In this document: positions 30,337 to 41,456 of the stretch, piece by piece
Numbering within the stretch: position 1 is the stretch's first letter
How the letters are laid out: every line of letters begins with the position of its first letter
Origin: Spirochaetia bacterium
Lineage (GTDB): Bacteria > Spirochaetota > Spirochaetia > SZUA-6 > Bin103
NCBI GenBank assembly: GCA_965203905.1
Contig: CBDBDQ010000005.1
Coordinates: forward strand, 5,536,001 to 5,600,000
Direction: 5' to 3'
Length of the DNA stretch: 64,000 nt
Made by a program: the position numbers and the translations under genes
Notes under the pieces: model-generated
Seen by the model: the letters and a program-made list of their open reading frames with translations, nothing else
Databases searched by the model: none
Told to the model about the DNA's origin: nothing

Positions 30337-33035
30337 GACGACCTCACAAGTTCCTGCTGCTTGACCTTGACGATGCGCTCGATGCGGTAGTGAAAGTCTT
30401 TCTCGTTGATCGTGAACTGCAGCTCGTCATTGGTACGATGATGCCACAGTTCGGCACCTAGCGGCGACAGATATGAGATGATATTACGCTTCGGATCCGA
30501 CTCCCACGGACCCAGAATCACGTAGCGCTCCTTGGTGTTGCTTTCGATATTGGTGAGTTCGACCTCGGTGCCGAACGAGATCAGCGTGGCGTTGGCCTCT
30601 GCGAGGTCGAAGATCTGCGCATTCTGCAGATCTTCCTGGAGCCGCGACACGGCACTCTTCAGGTGTTCCTGTTTTTCCAAAGCCGCCTTGTACTCGGCAT
30701 TCTCCCGAAGGTCGCCCTTTTGCAGCGCGAGTCCGATTTCTTTCGAATTCTCGGGTATCTCGACTTCCAGAATCTGGCGCAATTCGCGTTGTCGATCCTC
30801 GTACCCCAAGCGGGTCACCAGGAGCCCCATGCGGACCGTGTCCTTGGCCTCCTCCTCGGCAAACCGGTACCCTGGAAATTTATCCTTGATACGCTGTCGA
30901 ACGCGGATTTTGATAGACGGATCAAGCTCCCTTACATCCTCCACCAAGGTGTAGATGCGGGTTATCGATTCCTCGTTTGCGCTACTGATGAAGTTCGCCA
31001 AGTGGCGTTCTTTGAAAAGGTAGTCAAAGATCTGTCGGTTCAATTTGCGATTCGCCGCTACCTCCCGCCGATTGCCGATGTCGCGATAGGTGAGGTCCAG
31101 CAGGTGAATCATTCCGATCATCACCTTCTCCGGCTTGATTCCGTGATTCTGCAGCCACTCGTCGTCACCGGCATTGCGCACCAGCCAGACAAATGGCAGA
31201 CGGTGTTCGCGATAGTCGTCGACCACCGTCGAGATCAGCTCGGCGACTACCTCGGTGTGCTCTGCGGTGCCTAATTCCTCCAGGATCTGGCGCGTCGGAT
31301 GAAACAGAAAGATGCGTGCGTAAACATGCGCCCAAGCACCGATGTCACTGAGAATATGGGCAAGGAAGTCCTTCCCCAGACCGGCCCCGTCAAGTAACTG
31401 GAAGACTTCCTCCAAGTCCTCGATGTCGACGAATAGCTCGCGAAAGGTAACGCTTACCCCAGGATCAAGGTGGGGATACTTTCGGGTGAGTTTTTCGATG
31501 ATCAGGAAGCTTGCTACGTTATTCTCGATCTGCCCTGAGGAGGCCTTCAGGAATCCCGCAAAGTACGTGAACATCTCCACCAGATACTCGGATTCGGGCT
31601 GGGCGTGGTCGAGGAATTCGTGCAGGGTCTGGACCCGGCTGAAGAAGCTCTTGTCGGCGCGGAACTTGTTGTAGGTCTTTTCTTCGAAGGAGATGGGACG
31701 TTCCCGCACCGAGTAGTGATCGAGCTTTCCGGTCACCGTGCCGAAGGCCGGATCGGTCTTGAGGATGCGGCGGGCAGCGGTGCTCCACTTCGACCACTCG
31801 TTGGGTGCCAGGATGCGGGGCACCAGCTCGCCCTTGACGCGCTTCATGTCAGCCGCGTTGGCAAAACTCCTGATCACCGTGCGCAGGGCCCATGAGGGAT
31901 CGTCCTTGACCCGCTGCTTGAGTTTGTCGCGGGGTACGGTGGCACGCAGTACCCAGATATGTTCACTATCGAGAATATGGAGTGCATTCACGGCCATCTT
32001 CAAGGACATTCGATGTCCCCGCTTCTTCAGAAAATCGATCACGAAGCGGTCGTCCTTGATTTCCTTGATCCGGCCCAGCCCCCAGGTCCGGTGGAACACG
32101 TAATTGCCCTCGTCGAAACTGATGTGCTTCTCGAAGTCGGCGATCGCGTCGTGGACGTTGCGCCAGGACTGGTTCAGGTTGGACACCTTGATATACTCTT
32201 CGAGATGGCTGTGGCCGGCATAGCGATTGGTATAGACATCCACCAATTCGGCTCGAGCACCACTCTTTCTGGGATCGTGATTGAGGATTCGTTTCAATAT
32301 GTCGACCGAGGCATTCCAGTCTTCCTTTTCCCGGTAGTATGGGTAGAGTACCTCCAACAAGGTGATTCCGCGGTCTCCGCCGAGCCCCCGGACCACCTGG
32401 TTCTCGATCTGTAGCAAGCCCTCGAAGTCTTCCGGCTGCAGCTCCACCAGCTTCTCCCACATTTGTTTGAGCGGAGAAAACTGGCGTCGGTTGATGTACC
32501 GGTGCAGTGCTTTCTTGTAGTAGTCGAGAGCCCCGTCGAAGTCTCCTTCCTGCTCCCGTCTGGTGGCCAGGAGACGGACCGTGTCAGCATCCTCATAGTC
32601 AACCTTTATGAGCCGTTCGAGGATTTCATAATGACGCTCATGATCGTCTTTCTTGGCATAGGTCTCGGCCAGTGTCCGCAATGCAAACTTGTTCTCGCCG
32701 TAGCGCAGAATTCGTTCACAGAGGTATTCGACGATGTTCCATTTTTCTCCGTCGACAAACATGTTGGTCAGCGCTACCAGATTCGAGTCGTCCACAATGC
32801 GTTTGCTGAGAGCCAGGATGCCGGACAGGTACAGGCCGATCACACTGTCCCTGCTGGTTTGCAGGTGCTGCTCACAAATCTCCTGGATTTCGTCCTGAGT
32901 GTCTGCTCCGAGGGTCTCCTCGAGCAACTCATCCAGAGTCCTGAAACTGGACGTCGAGTAGCCCGACAAGTCGGCTCTGGTCCATTTCTCTTCGTTGATC
33001 ATTTCACTGATACGCTGGACAAGGGTGTCTGTCAT
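30333..33035 (-). CDS. greA: Transcription elongation factor GreA, long (spirochaete-type) form
   Basis: C-terminal GreA domain (GDLRENAEYKAA, ILGPWESDP, ISYLSPLG) after about 730 aa of helical/TPR-like sequence. Confidence 0.93.
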   Translation of the reverse strand: MTDTLVQRISEMINEEKWTRADLSGYSTSSFRTLDELLEETLGADTQDEIQEICEQHLQTSRDSVIGLYLSGILALSKRIVDDSNLVALTNMFVDGEKWNIVEYLCERILRYGENKFALRTLAETYAKKDDHERHYEILERLIKVDYEDADTVRLLATRREQEGDFDGALDYYKKALHRYINRRQFSPLKQMWEKLVELQPEDFEGLLQIENQVVRGLGGDRGITLLEVLYPYYREKEDWNASVDILKRILNHDPRKSGARAELVDVYTNRYAGHSHLEEYIKVSNLNQSWRNVHDAIADFEKHISFDEGNYVFHRTWGLGRIKEIKDDRFVIDFLKKRGHRMSLKMAVNALHILDSEHIWVLRATVPRDKLKQRVKDDPSWALRTVIRSFANAADMKRVKGELVPRILAPNEWSKWSTAARRILKTDPAFGTVTGKLDHYSVRERPISFEEKTYNKFRADKSFFSRVQTLHEFLDHAQPESEYLVEMFTYFAGFLKASSGQIENNVASFLIIEKLTRKYPHLDPGVSVTFRELFVDIEDLEEVFQLLDGAGLGKDFLAHILSDIGAWAHVYARIFLFHPTRQILEELGTAEHTEVVAELISTVVDDYREHRLPFVWLVRNAGDDEWLQNHGIKPEKVMIGMIHLLDLTYRDIGNRREVAANRKLNRQIFDYLFKERHLANFISSANEESITRIYTLVEDVRELDPSIKIRVRQRIKDKFPGYRFAEEEAKDTVRMGLLVTRLGYEDRQRELRQILEVEIPENSKEIGLALQKGDLRENAEYKAALEKQEHLKSAVSRLQEDLQNAQIFDLAEANATLISFGTEVELTNIESNTKERYVILGPWESDPKRNIISYLSPLGAELWHHRTNDELQFTINEKDFHYRIERIVKVKQQELVRSS

Positions 33036-33095
33036 TACATTTACTCCGACTCAGGCTGCAGGCAGGTTAGGTGCGTGCGCTTGGTGATTGTTGTG

Positions 33096-34118
33096 TCAGC
33101 CGGCGTACTGCTGATATACGCCGATATCCAACACCTTGATACGGCGTAGGATGTCGTCCACCTTGGCGCGTTCTTCATGAGTAGCAAGAAAGTGCGCGAT
33201 CAACCAGAAGTAGCGATTGATCAACCGCGGTATCAAAGCCGCCTGATCGTCGCTCGGTTCCGGAGGGTCCACCGGACGCAGCTCCGGGCCGGTGGCCACA
33301 CCGAGGCGCTGCTCCAGTTCGAAGATGGATTGTCGTAGCTTTCCGTATTCCAGTGCGGTAAGCTCGCGAGTTACACTGAAGGCGCCCAACAGGACGCCGT
33401 AGACCGGCACCCACTCGGGCACGTTGCGGGTGATTCCGGCGGCCTTCACGGCGGCCACCAGGCGCCGAATCATCGGCGACTCGAGCTCTTCCAGCGGAAT
33501 TTCCGAGGCCCCGAGAAAAAACGCCTCTCGGAAGAAGATCTTGGCGGCGCGCGACTCTTCGATCAATGAGTAGCAGTCGGCGAGCTCCGCCAGAAGTGGC
33601 GCCCAGTCGCGCTCGAGACGCCGCGCGTGCTCCAGGTACCGGACCGCGTTGGCGAAGTCGCCCATGGCCTTTAACGAGTGGCCGAGCAGCAGCAGGCGGC
33701 GGGCTTGCGGGCTCGGGCGCGTATACCCGGTGCCGGCGGCAGCCGGAGTTTCCGAAGCCGAGGTCTGCAGCAGGTTGGCCACGGCGGTGGCATGTATGTA
33801 GTGCTTGATGTCCTGGTAGCATCGCTCCGGCAGGTCCCCAATGCGCGCCGCGAAGCCGCGGAAGGCGGCCCATTGGTCCAGCAGATAGCCGGCCCGTTCA
33901 GCGCTCGTCTCGATTTCGTCCAGCCGTTGTTGGCGCTCGGCCCAGTAGCGTACGCTCTTGAGCGCAGGGCCTACACCCTCGTACTCCACGTCGAGTTCGA
34001 GGGTGCGCTCCAACAACTTGGCGGCCTCCCCAAATGCACCGGACCGCAACTTGCCGTACGCACCGTTGACCATGTGCGCGATATCATTCTCTGCGAACGT
34101 GAGCTGTCGATCGGTCAT
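33096..34118 (-). CDS. TPR-containing hypothetical protein upstream of greA
   Basis: TPR-like helices (LLLLGHSLKAMGDFANAVRYLE, LAELADCY, KIFFREAFF). Confidence 0.8.
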   Translation of the reverse strand: MTDRQLTFAENDIAHMVNGAYGKLRSGAFGEAAKLLERTLELDVEYEGVGPALKSVRYWAERQQRLDEIETSAERAGYLLDQWAAFRGFAARIGDLPERCYQDIKHYIHATAVANLLQTSASETPAAAGTGYTRPSPQARRLLLLGHSLKAMGDFANAVRYLEHARRLERDWAPLLAELADCYSLIEESRAAKIFFREAFFLGASEIPLEELESPMIRRLVAAVKAAGITRNVPEWVPVYGVLLGAFSVTRELTALEYGKLRQSIFELEQRLGVATGPELRPVDPPEPSDDQAALIPRLINRYFWLIAHFLATHEERAKVDDILRRIKVLDIGVYQQYAG

Positions 34119-34231
34119 GTGGGAGGTATGCTATGACCAAAGGCTACACCGCACGGGCCGTCGGGGTCAATCGAGGGTGTTCGAGGGTCCGGGTTGTGCG
34201 ACCGGGGGCAACCGCCTACCTTTGCATCAGC

Positions 34232-34942
34232 ATGAGCCGCCCCCCACGCCTGCGACCGTTCCTGCCGTATGCCGGCGCTTCGCGACAGACCGTGGTGGCG
34301 CCCTCCATTCTGGCGGCTGACAGCGCCGATCTGGCGGGCGCCGTGGCGTTGGCAGCGCGTGCCGGGGCGAAGTGGCTGCATATCGACGTGATGGACGGCC
34401 GGTTCGTGCCGCCCATCACCTTCGGGGCGCAGACGGTGGCAGCTCTGCGCCGCCGCACCGAGCTGTTGCTCGACGTCCACCTGATGACCAGCCAACCGGA
34501 GCGCCACGTCGCCGCGTTTGCGGACGCCGGCGCCGACCTCATAACCTTTCATGTCGAAGCCACCGTTCACGTGCACCGTACCCTGCAGGCGATCCGTGCG
34601 GCCGGAATCGGTGCCGGGGTTGCATTGGTGCCGTCCACGCCCGCGGCGATGATCGGCGAGCTCGCGGAGATGGTGGATCTGGTCCTGGTCATGACCGTGA
34701 ATCCGGGGTATGGCGGGCAACGTCTCATCACCCGCTGTCTGGACAAGGTGGCCGAGGTCGCCGCCAGGCGCGAGGCGGCCGCGGCCGCGTACTTGATCCA
34801 GGTGGATGGCGGCATCAACCACCTGACCGCGGCTCGCGCCTGCGGCGCCGGCGCCGACGTGATGGTAGTCGGCACGGCATTCTACGGTGCCTCGGAGCCG
34901 CACGCCGCGCTGCGTGCTCTCGCCACTGCCGGCGCCTCCTGA
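34232..34942 (+). CDS. rpe: Ribulose-phosphate 3-epimerase
   Basis: APSILAAD, HIDVMDGRFVP, MTVNPGYGGQ, VDGGIN. Start uncertain. Confidence 0.95.
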   Translation: MSRPPRLRPFLPYAGASRQTVVAPSILAADSADLAGAVALAARAGAKWLHIDVMDGRFVPPITFGAQTVAALRRRTELLLDVHLMTSQPERHVAAFADAGADLITFHVEATVHVHRTLQAIRAAGIGAGVALVPSTPAAMIGELAEMVDLVLVMTVNPGYGGQRLITRCLDKVAEVAARREAAAAAYLIQVDGGINHLTAARACGAGADVMVVGTAFYGASEPHAALRALATAGAS

Positions 34943-35418
34943 TGCGGGCCGTGGTGCAGCGCGTGAGCAGCTGCGAGGTGAGGGTGGTGGATCCGGTCGC
35001 TGCCGGATCGGAGGAGTCCGGATTTCGGGTAGGGATCGGACCGGGGCTGCTGGTGTACGTTGCGGTCGCGGCCGAAGATGGAGAGCAAGACCTGGGCTAC
35101 CTGGTGGAGAAGATTCGCGGCCTGCGGATATTTCCCGATGCCGCCGGGCGCATGAACCGATCGGTGCAGGAACGAGACGGCGAGGTGCTGGTGGTGTCGC
35201 AGTTTACCCTGTATGGCGACACTCGCCGCGGACGCCGGCCCTGGTTCGGGCGGGCGGCCGCACCGGAGCGTGCCGAGGCCCTCTACGAGGAATTGATTTC
35301 GCGCCTGCGGACCTGCGGGCTGCGCGTGAGCGGCGGCAGGTTTCAGGCGCACATGGCGGTGGCCGCGGTCAACGATGGCCCGGTGACGATCCTGCTTGAC
35401 TCCGAGCGTACGTTCTGA
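34942..35418 (+). CDS. dtd: D-aminoacyl-tRNA deacylase
   Basis: MRAVVQRV, SQFTL, NDGPVT; TGATG overlap with rpe. Confidence 0.96.
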   Translation: MRAVVQRVSSCEVRVVDPVAAGSEESGFRVGIGPGLLVYVAVAAEDGEQDLGYLVEKIRGLRIFPDAAGRMNRSVQERDGEVLVVSQFTLYGDTRRGRRPWFGRAAAPERAEALYEELISRLRTCGLRVSGGRFQAHMAVAAVNDGPVTILLDSERTF

Positions 35419-35607
35419 GCAATTGACCGCCGGATCGCCGCTGGCCTACCATGCGGGCAGAAGGTCGGGCCGGGCCACCGCGCGCTCGAGGCAGGGCGAT
35501 CGACGCATGGGCGCGACACCGCTTTGAAGCGCCAGCCGATACCGCGCCGTTATCATTATCACACACGGGCCGCTGGCGCGCGGGATAGCGCGTCGGCCCG
35601 GTGACAG

Positions 35608-35651
35608 CCCAGGGGGTATTATCCCCCAGGGGGATTATCCCAGGAGGGATT

Positions 35652-35653
<2 letters not shown>
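35608..35653. repeat. Three ~15-bp tandem repeats over the recA ribosome-binding site
   Basis: CCCAGGGGGTATTAT / CCCAGGGGGATTAT / CCCAGGAGGGATTAT. Confidence 0.9.
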
Positions 35654-36740
<1,087 letters not shown>

Positions 36741-36770
36741 GTGGCCCGTCCGCGGGCAGGTTCAGTAAGC

Positions 36771-37655
36771 ATGAGCGCCCAGATCGTGACTGACCAGGGA
36801 GCCGGGACGGTGCCTCCGCCCCATCAGGCAGCCGGTCGAACCGGTCCCGAGTTGCCGTTCGGTGCCGCGCCGGCGCCGCAGGGTGTCAGCTTTCAACTGC
36901 AGGAATTCGAAGGTCCGCTGGACTTGCTCCTGCACTTGATCCAGCGTGCCGAGGTCAACATCTACGACATTCCGATCGCCACCATCACCGACCAGTACCT
37001 GCAGTACCTGGCGGCGGCGAAAGAGAACCCCGGGGCCACCCCCGACGATGGCGCGGAGCAGAGCCGGCGCCGGCTCGAAGACCTGTCCCGGTTTCAGGTG
37101 ATGGCGGCCACCCTCCTGCACATCAAGTCGCGCATGCTGCTGCCGTTGCCGTACACCTCCGAGGAACCGTACGAGGATCCGCGCCAGGAGCTGGTCGAGC
37201 GCCTGCTGGAGTATCAGCGCTTCAAGCGGCTCAGCGAAGTGCTGGCCGAGCAGCAACAGCAGGCCCACTGGATCATCACTCGCTCCGAGCCGCGGATGCT
37301 GCCCGATTCGGAGGTGATCCCGGAACCCGCCGCGGCGCAACTGTCACCGGACCAGCTGCTGGCGGCGTTCAAGGAAATCGTAGCGGCGATCGGTGGCGAG
37401 CAGCTTACCAGCCTGTACGAAGAGTTTACCGTCAAGGAAAAGATTGCCCTGGTGCACGAGCGGTTGGCGCTCACGGCGGCGTTTTCGTTCCTGGAGCTGG
37501 TTCGCGGCGGCTCTGCCCTGGAGATCATCTGCGCATTCTGGGCGGTCCTCGAACTGGCCAAGACGCAGGCCATCGTCGTGCTCCAGCGCCATCAGTTCGC
37601 GGCGATCACCGTGGAGCGTGGATTCCGAGCCGCGGTGCCGGATCGGGCAGGGTAG
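36771..37655 (+). CDS. scpA: Segregation and condensation protein A
   Basis: FEGPLDLLLHLI, IKSRMLLP, FWAVLEL. Confidence 0.95.
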   Translation: MSAQIVTDQGAGTVPPPHQAAGRTGPELPFGAAPAPQGVSFQLQEFEGPLDLLLHLIQRAEVNIYDIPIATITDQYLQYLAAAKENPGATPDDGAEQSRRRLEDLSRFQVMAATLLHIKSRMLLPLPYTSEEPYEDPRQELVERLLEYQRFKRLSEVLAEQQQQAHWIITRSEPRMLPDSEVIPEPAAAQLSPDQLLAAFKEIVAAIGGEQLTSLYEEFTVKEKIALVHERLALTAAFSFLELVRGGSALEIICAFWAVLELAKTQAIVVLQRHQFAAITVERGFRAAVPDRAG

Positions 37656-38230
37656 TGGTGAGCCCCACCGGGGCACTCGCCGCGCCGGGCGGGATGGAGC
37701 AGCAGAGCAGGCTGGTAGAGGCAATCCTGTTCCTGGAGGCGGAACCGCAGAGCGCGGCGCGTCTGGCGCGCCTTACGGGACTGACGGTGGCAGCGGTGCG
37801 CGCCGCCGTCGGCCAGGTGCAGCGCCGCTTCGCCGGCGCCGACCACGGGGTCCAGGTGCTGGAGGTCGCCGGCGGCTATACGCTGGTTCCGAAACCAGAC
37901 CTGTGGCCGTGGCTGCGTCCCCACTACGGGCGCCTTTCGCAGGGCAGGATGTCGCGTGCGGCCCTGGAGACGCTTGCCATCATCGCCTATTCGCAACCGG
38001 TGACGCGCAGCGAGATCGAGAGCATCCGAGGAGTGTCTCCGGATTCCATGCTGCGCGTTCTCGGCGAGCGCGATCTGATCTGCGAAGTGGGACGCAAGGA
38101 GGTCCCCGGAAGGCCAATTCAGTACGGCACCTCGGCTGAGTTTCTGCGGATCTTCGGCCTGACGTCCATCGCCGACCTGCCGAAGCTGACTGACGCGGAT
38201 CGCGCCAGGTTCAGAGCCGCCGATGAATGA
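37655..38230 (+). CDS. scpB: Segregation and condensation protein B
   Basis: LETLAIIAYSQPVTRSEIESIRGV, GRPIQYGT. Confidence 0.96.
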   Translation: MVSPTGALAAPGGMEQQSRLVEAILFLEAEPQSAARLARLTGLTVAAVRAAVGQVQRRFAGADHGVQVLEVAGGYTLVPKPDLWPWLRPHYGRLSQGRMSRAALETLAIIAYSQPVTRSEIESIRGVSPDSMLRVLGERDLICEVGRKEVPGRPIQYGTSAEFLRIFGLTSIADLPKLTDADRARFRAADE

Positions 38231-39017
38231 CGCGGCGCCCGTACCCGGCGCGGAAGGATTACGCCGCGAGCGCTTGCAGGTATTTCTGGCGCGCTCCGGG
38301 GTGGCCTCGCGGCGCGCCGCTGAGCGGCTGATCGACGCCGGCCGGGTAACGGTGAACGGCAAGCTCGTGGTGACACAGGGCAGCAAGGTGGGTCCCGGCG
38401 ACCGGGTCGCCGTAGACGGCAGGGATGTGGCCGCGACCATCGAACCGGCCTATCTTGCGCTGCACAAGCCGCCCGGTTATCTGTGCGCCAATCACGATCC
38501 GGCGAACCGACCGCTGGCGCGCAGCCTGTTGCCCGCTGCCGCGGGGCGCCTGTTTCATGTCGGTCGGCTGGACCTCGCTTCCCAGGGACTGATCCTGTTC
38601 ACCAACGACGGCCAGCTCGCGGTGCGCGCCACTCACCCGCGCTTCGGAGTGGAGAAGGAGTACCACGTGCTCACCGACCGGAGCGTGCCGGTCGCAGTGC
38701 TGGAGGAATATCGCGCCGGATGTCGCATCGGCGGTGTCACCTACCGGCTGTCCAGCTACCGGCTCGGTCCCGGCGCCCGGGTAACCCTGACACTGGCGGA
38801 AGGCCGCAACCGCGAGATTCGTCGCGTGTTGGGGAATGCCGGCCTGGAGGTGCGCCGTCTCACCCGGGTGCGGGTGGGGCCGGTGACTCTGCACGGGCTG
38901 GTCCCCGGAGGCTGGCGGCGGTTGACGCCGCGGGAGGTGGCATGGTTTCTGCGCCTGCGGCCGCGCCGGCCGGATCCCGCCGCAGCCTCGGACGCGCTCC
39001 CGGTGGCGTCCGCGTGA
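38223..39017 (+). CDS. rluB: rRNA pseudouridine synthase (RluB/RsuA family)
   Basis: S4 domain (RLQVFLARSGVASRR), VGRLD, EGRNREIRR. Confidence 0.88.
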   Translation: MNDAAPVPGAEGLRRERLQVFLARSGVASRRAAERLIDAGRVTVNGKLVVTQGSKVGPGDRVAVDGRDVAATIEPAYLALHKPPGYLCANHDPANRPLARSLLPAAAGRLFHVGRLDLASQGLILFTNDGQLAVRATHPRFGVEKEYHVLTDRSVPVAVLEEYRAGCRIGGVTYRLSSYRLGPGARVTLTLAEGRNREIRRVLGNAGLEVRRLTRVRVGPVTLHGLVPGGWRRLTPREVAWFLRLRPRRPDPAAASDALPVASA

Positions 39018-39042
39018 GCAGCCGCTGCGGCGGGGCACACCG

Positions 39043-39702
39043 ATGCCGGTGATCGCCATCGATGGCCCGTCCGGGTCGGGCAAGTCCACGGTAGCGGCGT
39101 GTCTGGCGGCTCGGCTCGGAGTGTCGTGGCTCAGTTCCGGCGCGTTGTATCGCGCCGTGACGCGGCTGACGCTGGAGCGTCTGGGCGCCGCCGCGCCTGC
39201 CGGGCCAATAAGCGCGCTGGTGCGCTCCGTGCACTGGGAGGTAACCGGTGCGGCGGTACGGGCCGATCATCGGGATCTGACGGCGTCGCTGCACAGCGCC
39301 GAGGTCGACCGCCACGTAGCGCAGGTGTCCGCCATTCCCGGGGTCAGGCAAGCGATCAACCACCTGCTGCGGATAACCGTCGGCGCCGGCCGCTGGGTGG
39401 TCGAGGGCCGCGACATCGGTACCGAGGTGTTTCCCGAAGCGGTGCTCAAGGTGTACCTTGATGCCGAGCCGGTGGTTCGCGCGGAGCGGCGCGCGCTGCA
39501 GCACCACTCCGCCGTCAGTGCTTCTGCGGTGGCGCAGGTTGCCGCGTCGCTGGCCGAACGCGACCGCCGTGACCGGCGTAAACCGGTAGGTGCGTTGCGG
39601 CCGGCAGAGGACGCGCAACGTATCGACACATCGCACTTGACGGTCCCCGAGGTTTGTGCAAATCTATTCCACATTGTCCCCAGCGATTTCCTCCCGGAGT
39701 AA
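39043..39702 (+). CDS. cmk: Cytidylate kinase
   Basis: IAIDGPSGSGKST, SGALYRA, EGRDIG. Confidence 0.95.
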   Translation: MPVIAIDGPSGSGKSTVAACLAARLGVSWLSSGALYRAVTRLTLERLGAAAPAGPISALVRSVHWEVTGAAVRADHRDLTASLHSAEVDRHVAQVSAIPGVRQAINHLLRITVGAGRWVVEGRDIGTEVFPEAVLKVYLDAEPVVRAERRALQHHSAVSASAVAQVAASLAERDRRDRRKPVGALRPAEDAQRIDTSHLTVPEVCANLFHIVPSDFLPE

Positions 39703-39715
39703 TCCTGTTCTCACC

Positions 39716-41419
39716 ATGAGCGACTCGGAAACGGGCTCGTCAAAGCCCAAGTCCTTCGAATCCCAGCTCCAAGAGCAATACATCACCCGTCTCGACCGGG
39801 TGGAAGAGGGTCAACTGATCACTGGCCACGTGATCGAGGTAGGCCCGGAAACCGTGTTCGTTGACGTAGGACTCAAGTCGGAAGGTCGCATTCCGATTGA
39901 GGAATTCGTCGAGCCCCCGCACGTGGACGACGAAGTGAACGTCGTGCTGTTGCGCAAGGAGGGCCGCCATGGCGAGGTGGTCGTGTCCAAGCGCAAGGCG
40001 GACGAACAGGTGGTGTGGCGCGCGCTGAAGGACTCGGGCGAGACCGGTGAGCCGGTTCCCGGACGCATCACGCGCAAGATCAAGGGTGGCTACGAGGTCG
40101 ACCTCGGTGCCGCCTTGCGCGCCTTCGTTCCATTCTCCAAGGTCGACGTGATGCGGGTGCGGGACGAAGACGCCTACATTGGACTCGAAACCCGTTTCTT
40201 CGTGGAGCAGCTCTACAACCGCGGCAAGGTGAACATCGTCCTGAACCGCAAGGCGTGGCTGGAGCGGGAGGCCAAGAAAAAGCGCGACCAGTTCTACGAC
40301 ACCGCCGCGATCGGAGACGTGTACCGCGGTACCGTCAAGACCTTCACCTCGTTCGGAGCCTTCGTCGACCTGGGCGGCTTCGATGGCCTGCTCCACGTCA
40401 ACGACATGCGCTGGGGCCACGTGGCCTCGCCGAAGGACGCGGTGGTGATCGGCGAGGAGGTCAACGTCAAGGTCATTCGCATCGACCGCGAGGCGCAGAA
40501 GGTCAACCTCAGTCTCAAGCACTTTACGCCCGATCCATGGACCACCTTCGAGGAGCGGTACACGCTCGACGATCTGGTAACCGGCAAGGTAACGAAGATC
40601 ACCGATTTCGGTGCATTCATCGAGATCGAACCGGGCATCGAGGGGCTGTTGCACATCTCCGACATGTCGTGGGTCAAGAAGATCGGGCATCCGCGCGAGA
40701 TCCTCGCCAACGGCGACGAGGTGCAGGTGAAGATTCTCGCCTACGACCTGGAGCGCGGCAAGCTGTCGCTGGGTCTCAAGCACGTCTTGCCCAACCCCTG
40801 GGACACCGCGGAGGAGCGCTATCCGCCCGGCAAGGTGGTAAAGGGTATCGTCCGCAACATCACCAGCTACGGGGCGTTCGTACAACTGGAGGAAGGGATC
40901 GACGGATTGCTGCACGTCGATGACATGTCGTGGACCAAGAAAGTTCGCAATCCCGCCTCGGTTGTGCAGACCGACCAGGAACTCGAGGTCGCCGTGGTGG
41001 ACCTCGACAAGAAGGCACGCCGTATTCGCCTTGGCTTGAAGCAGCTCTCCGACGACCCGTGGGTGGCGTTGGCCCGCGCCTTCCGTCGTGGCAGCGTGAT
41101 CGAGGGGCAGGTAACCAGCAAGACCGACTTCGGCGTGTTCGTTCGGGTGCAGGGCGGCATCGAAGGCCTCATAGCCAACAACCAACTGGTCGATCCGGTC
41201 GGCGGCAGCATCGACAAGGCGCGCGAGGAACTTCAGCCGGGCGCCCAACTGAAGGCCGTGGTCACCGAGGTCAGTGCCGAAAAGCAGCGCCTGTCGCTGT
41301 CTCTGCGTGAAATGCAGCGCCGGGAAGAGCGCCAGGAACTGGTGAAGTACATCCATGACGACGAACAGCCCGAAAGCGTATCCCTGGGCGAATTCCTGAA
41401 GGACCGATCGTCCAATTGA
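39716..41419 (+). CDS. rpsA: 30S ribosomal protein S1
   Basis: Multiple S1 repeats (FGAFVDLGGFDGLLHV, LSLGLK); follows cmk. Confidence 0.97.
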   Translation: MSDSETGSSKPKSFESQLQEQYITRLDRVEEGQLITGHVIEVGPETVFVDVGLKSEGRIPIEEFVEPPHVDDEVNVVLLRKEGRHGEVVVSKRKADEQVVWRALKDSGETGEPVPGRITRKIKGGYEVDLGAALRAFVPFSKVDVMRVRDEDAYIGLETRFFVEQLYNRGKVNIVLNRKAWLEREAKKKRDQFYDTAAIGDVYRGTVKTFTSFGAFVDLGGFDGLLHVNDMRWGHVASPKDAVVIGEEVNVKVIRIDREAQKVNLSLKHFTPDPWTTFEERYTLDDLVTGKVTKITDFGAFIEIEPGIEGLLHISDMSWVKKIGHPREILANGDEVQVKILAYDLERGKLSLGLKHVLPNPWDTAEERYPPGKVVKGIVRNITSYGAFVQLEEGIDGLLHVDDMSWTKKVRNPASVVQTDQELEVAVVDLDKKARRIRLGLKQLSDDPWVALARAFRRGSVIEGQVTSKTDFGVFVRVQGGIEGLIANNQLVDPVGGSIDKAREELQPGAQLKAVVTEVSAEKQRLSLSLREMQRREERQELVKYIHDDEQPESVSLGEFLKDRSSN

Positions 41420-41456
41420 TGGTTCCTGGTAGCGTATCGGCAGGTGGGGCGCAGGC

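Noticed and set aside
35550-35645. TTATC-containing words near recA as DnaA boxes or an origin
   Set aside because: Two or more mismatches to TTATCCACA, and no dnaA or AT-rich unwinding element.
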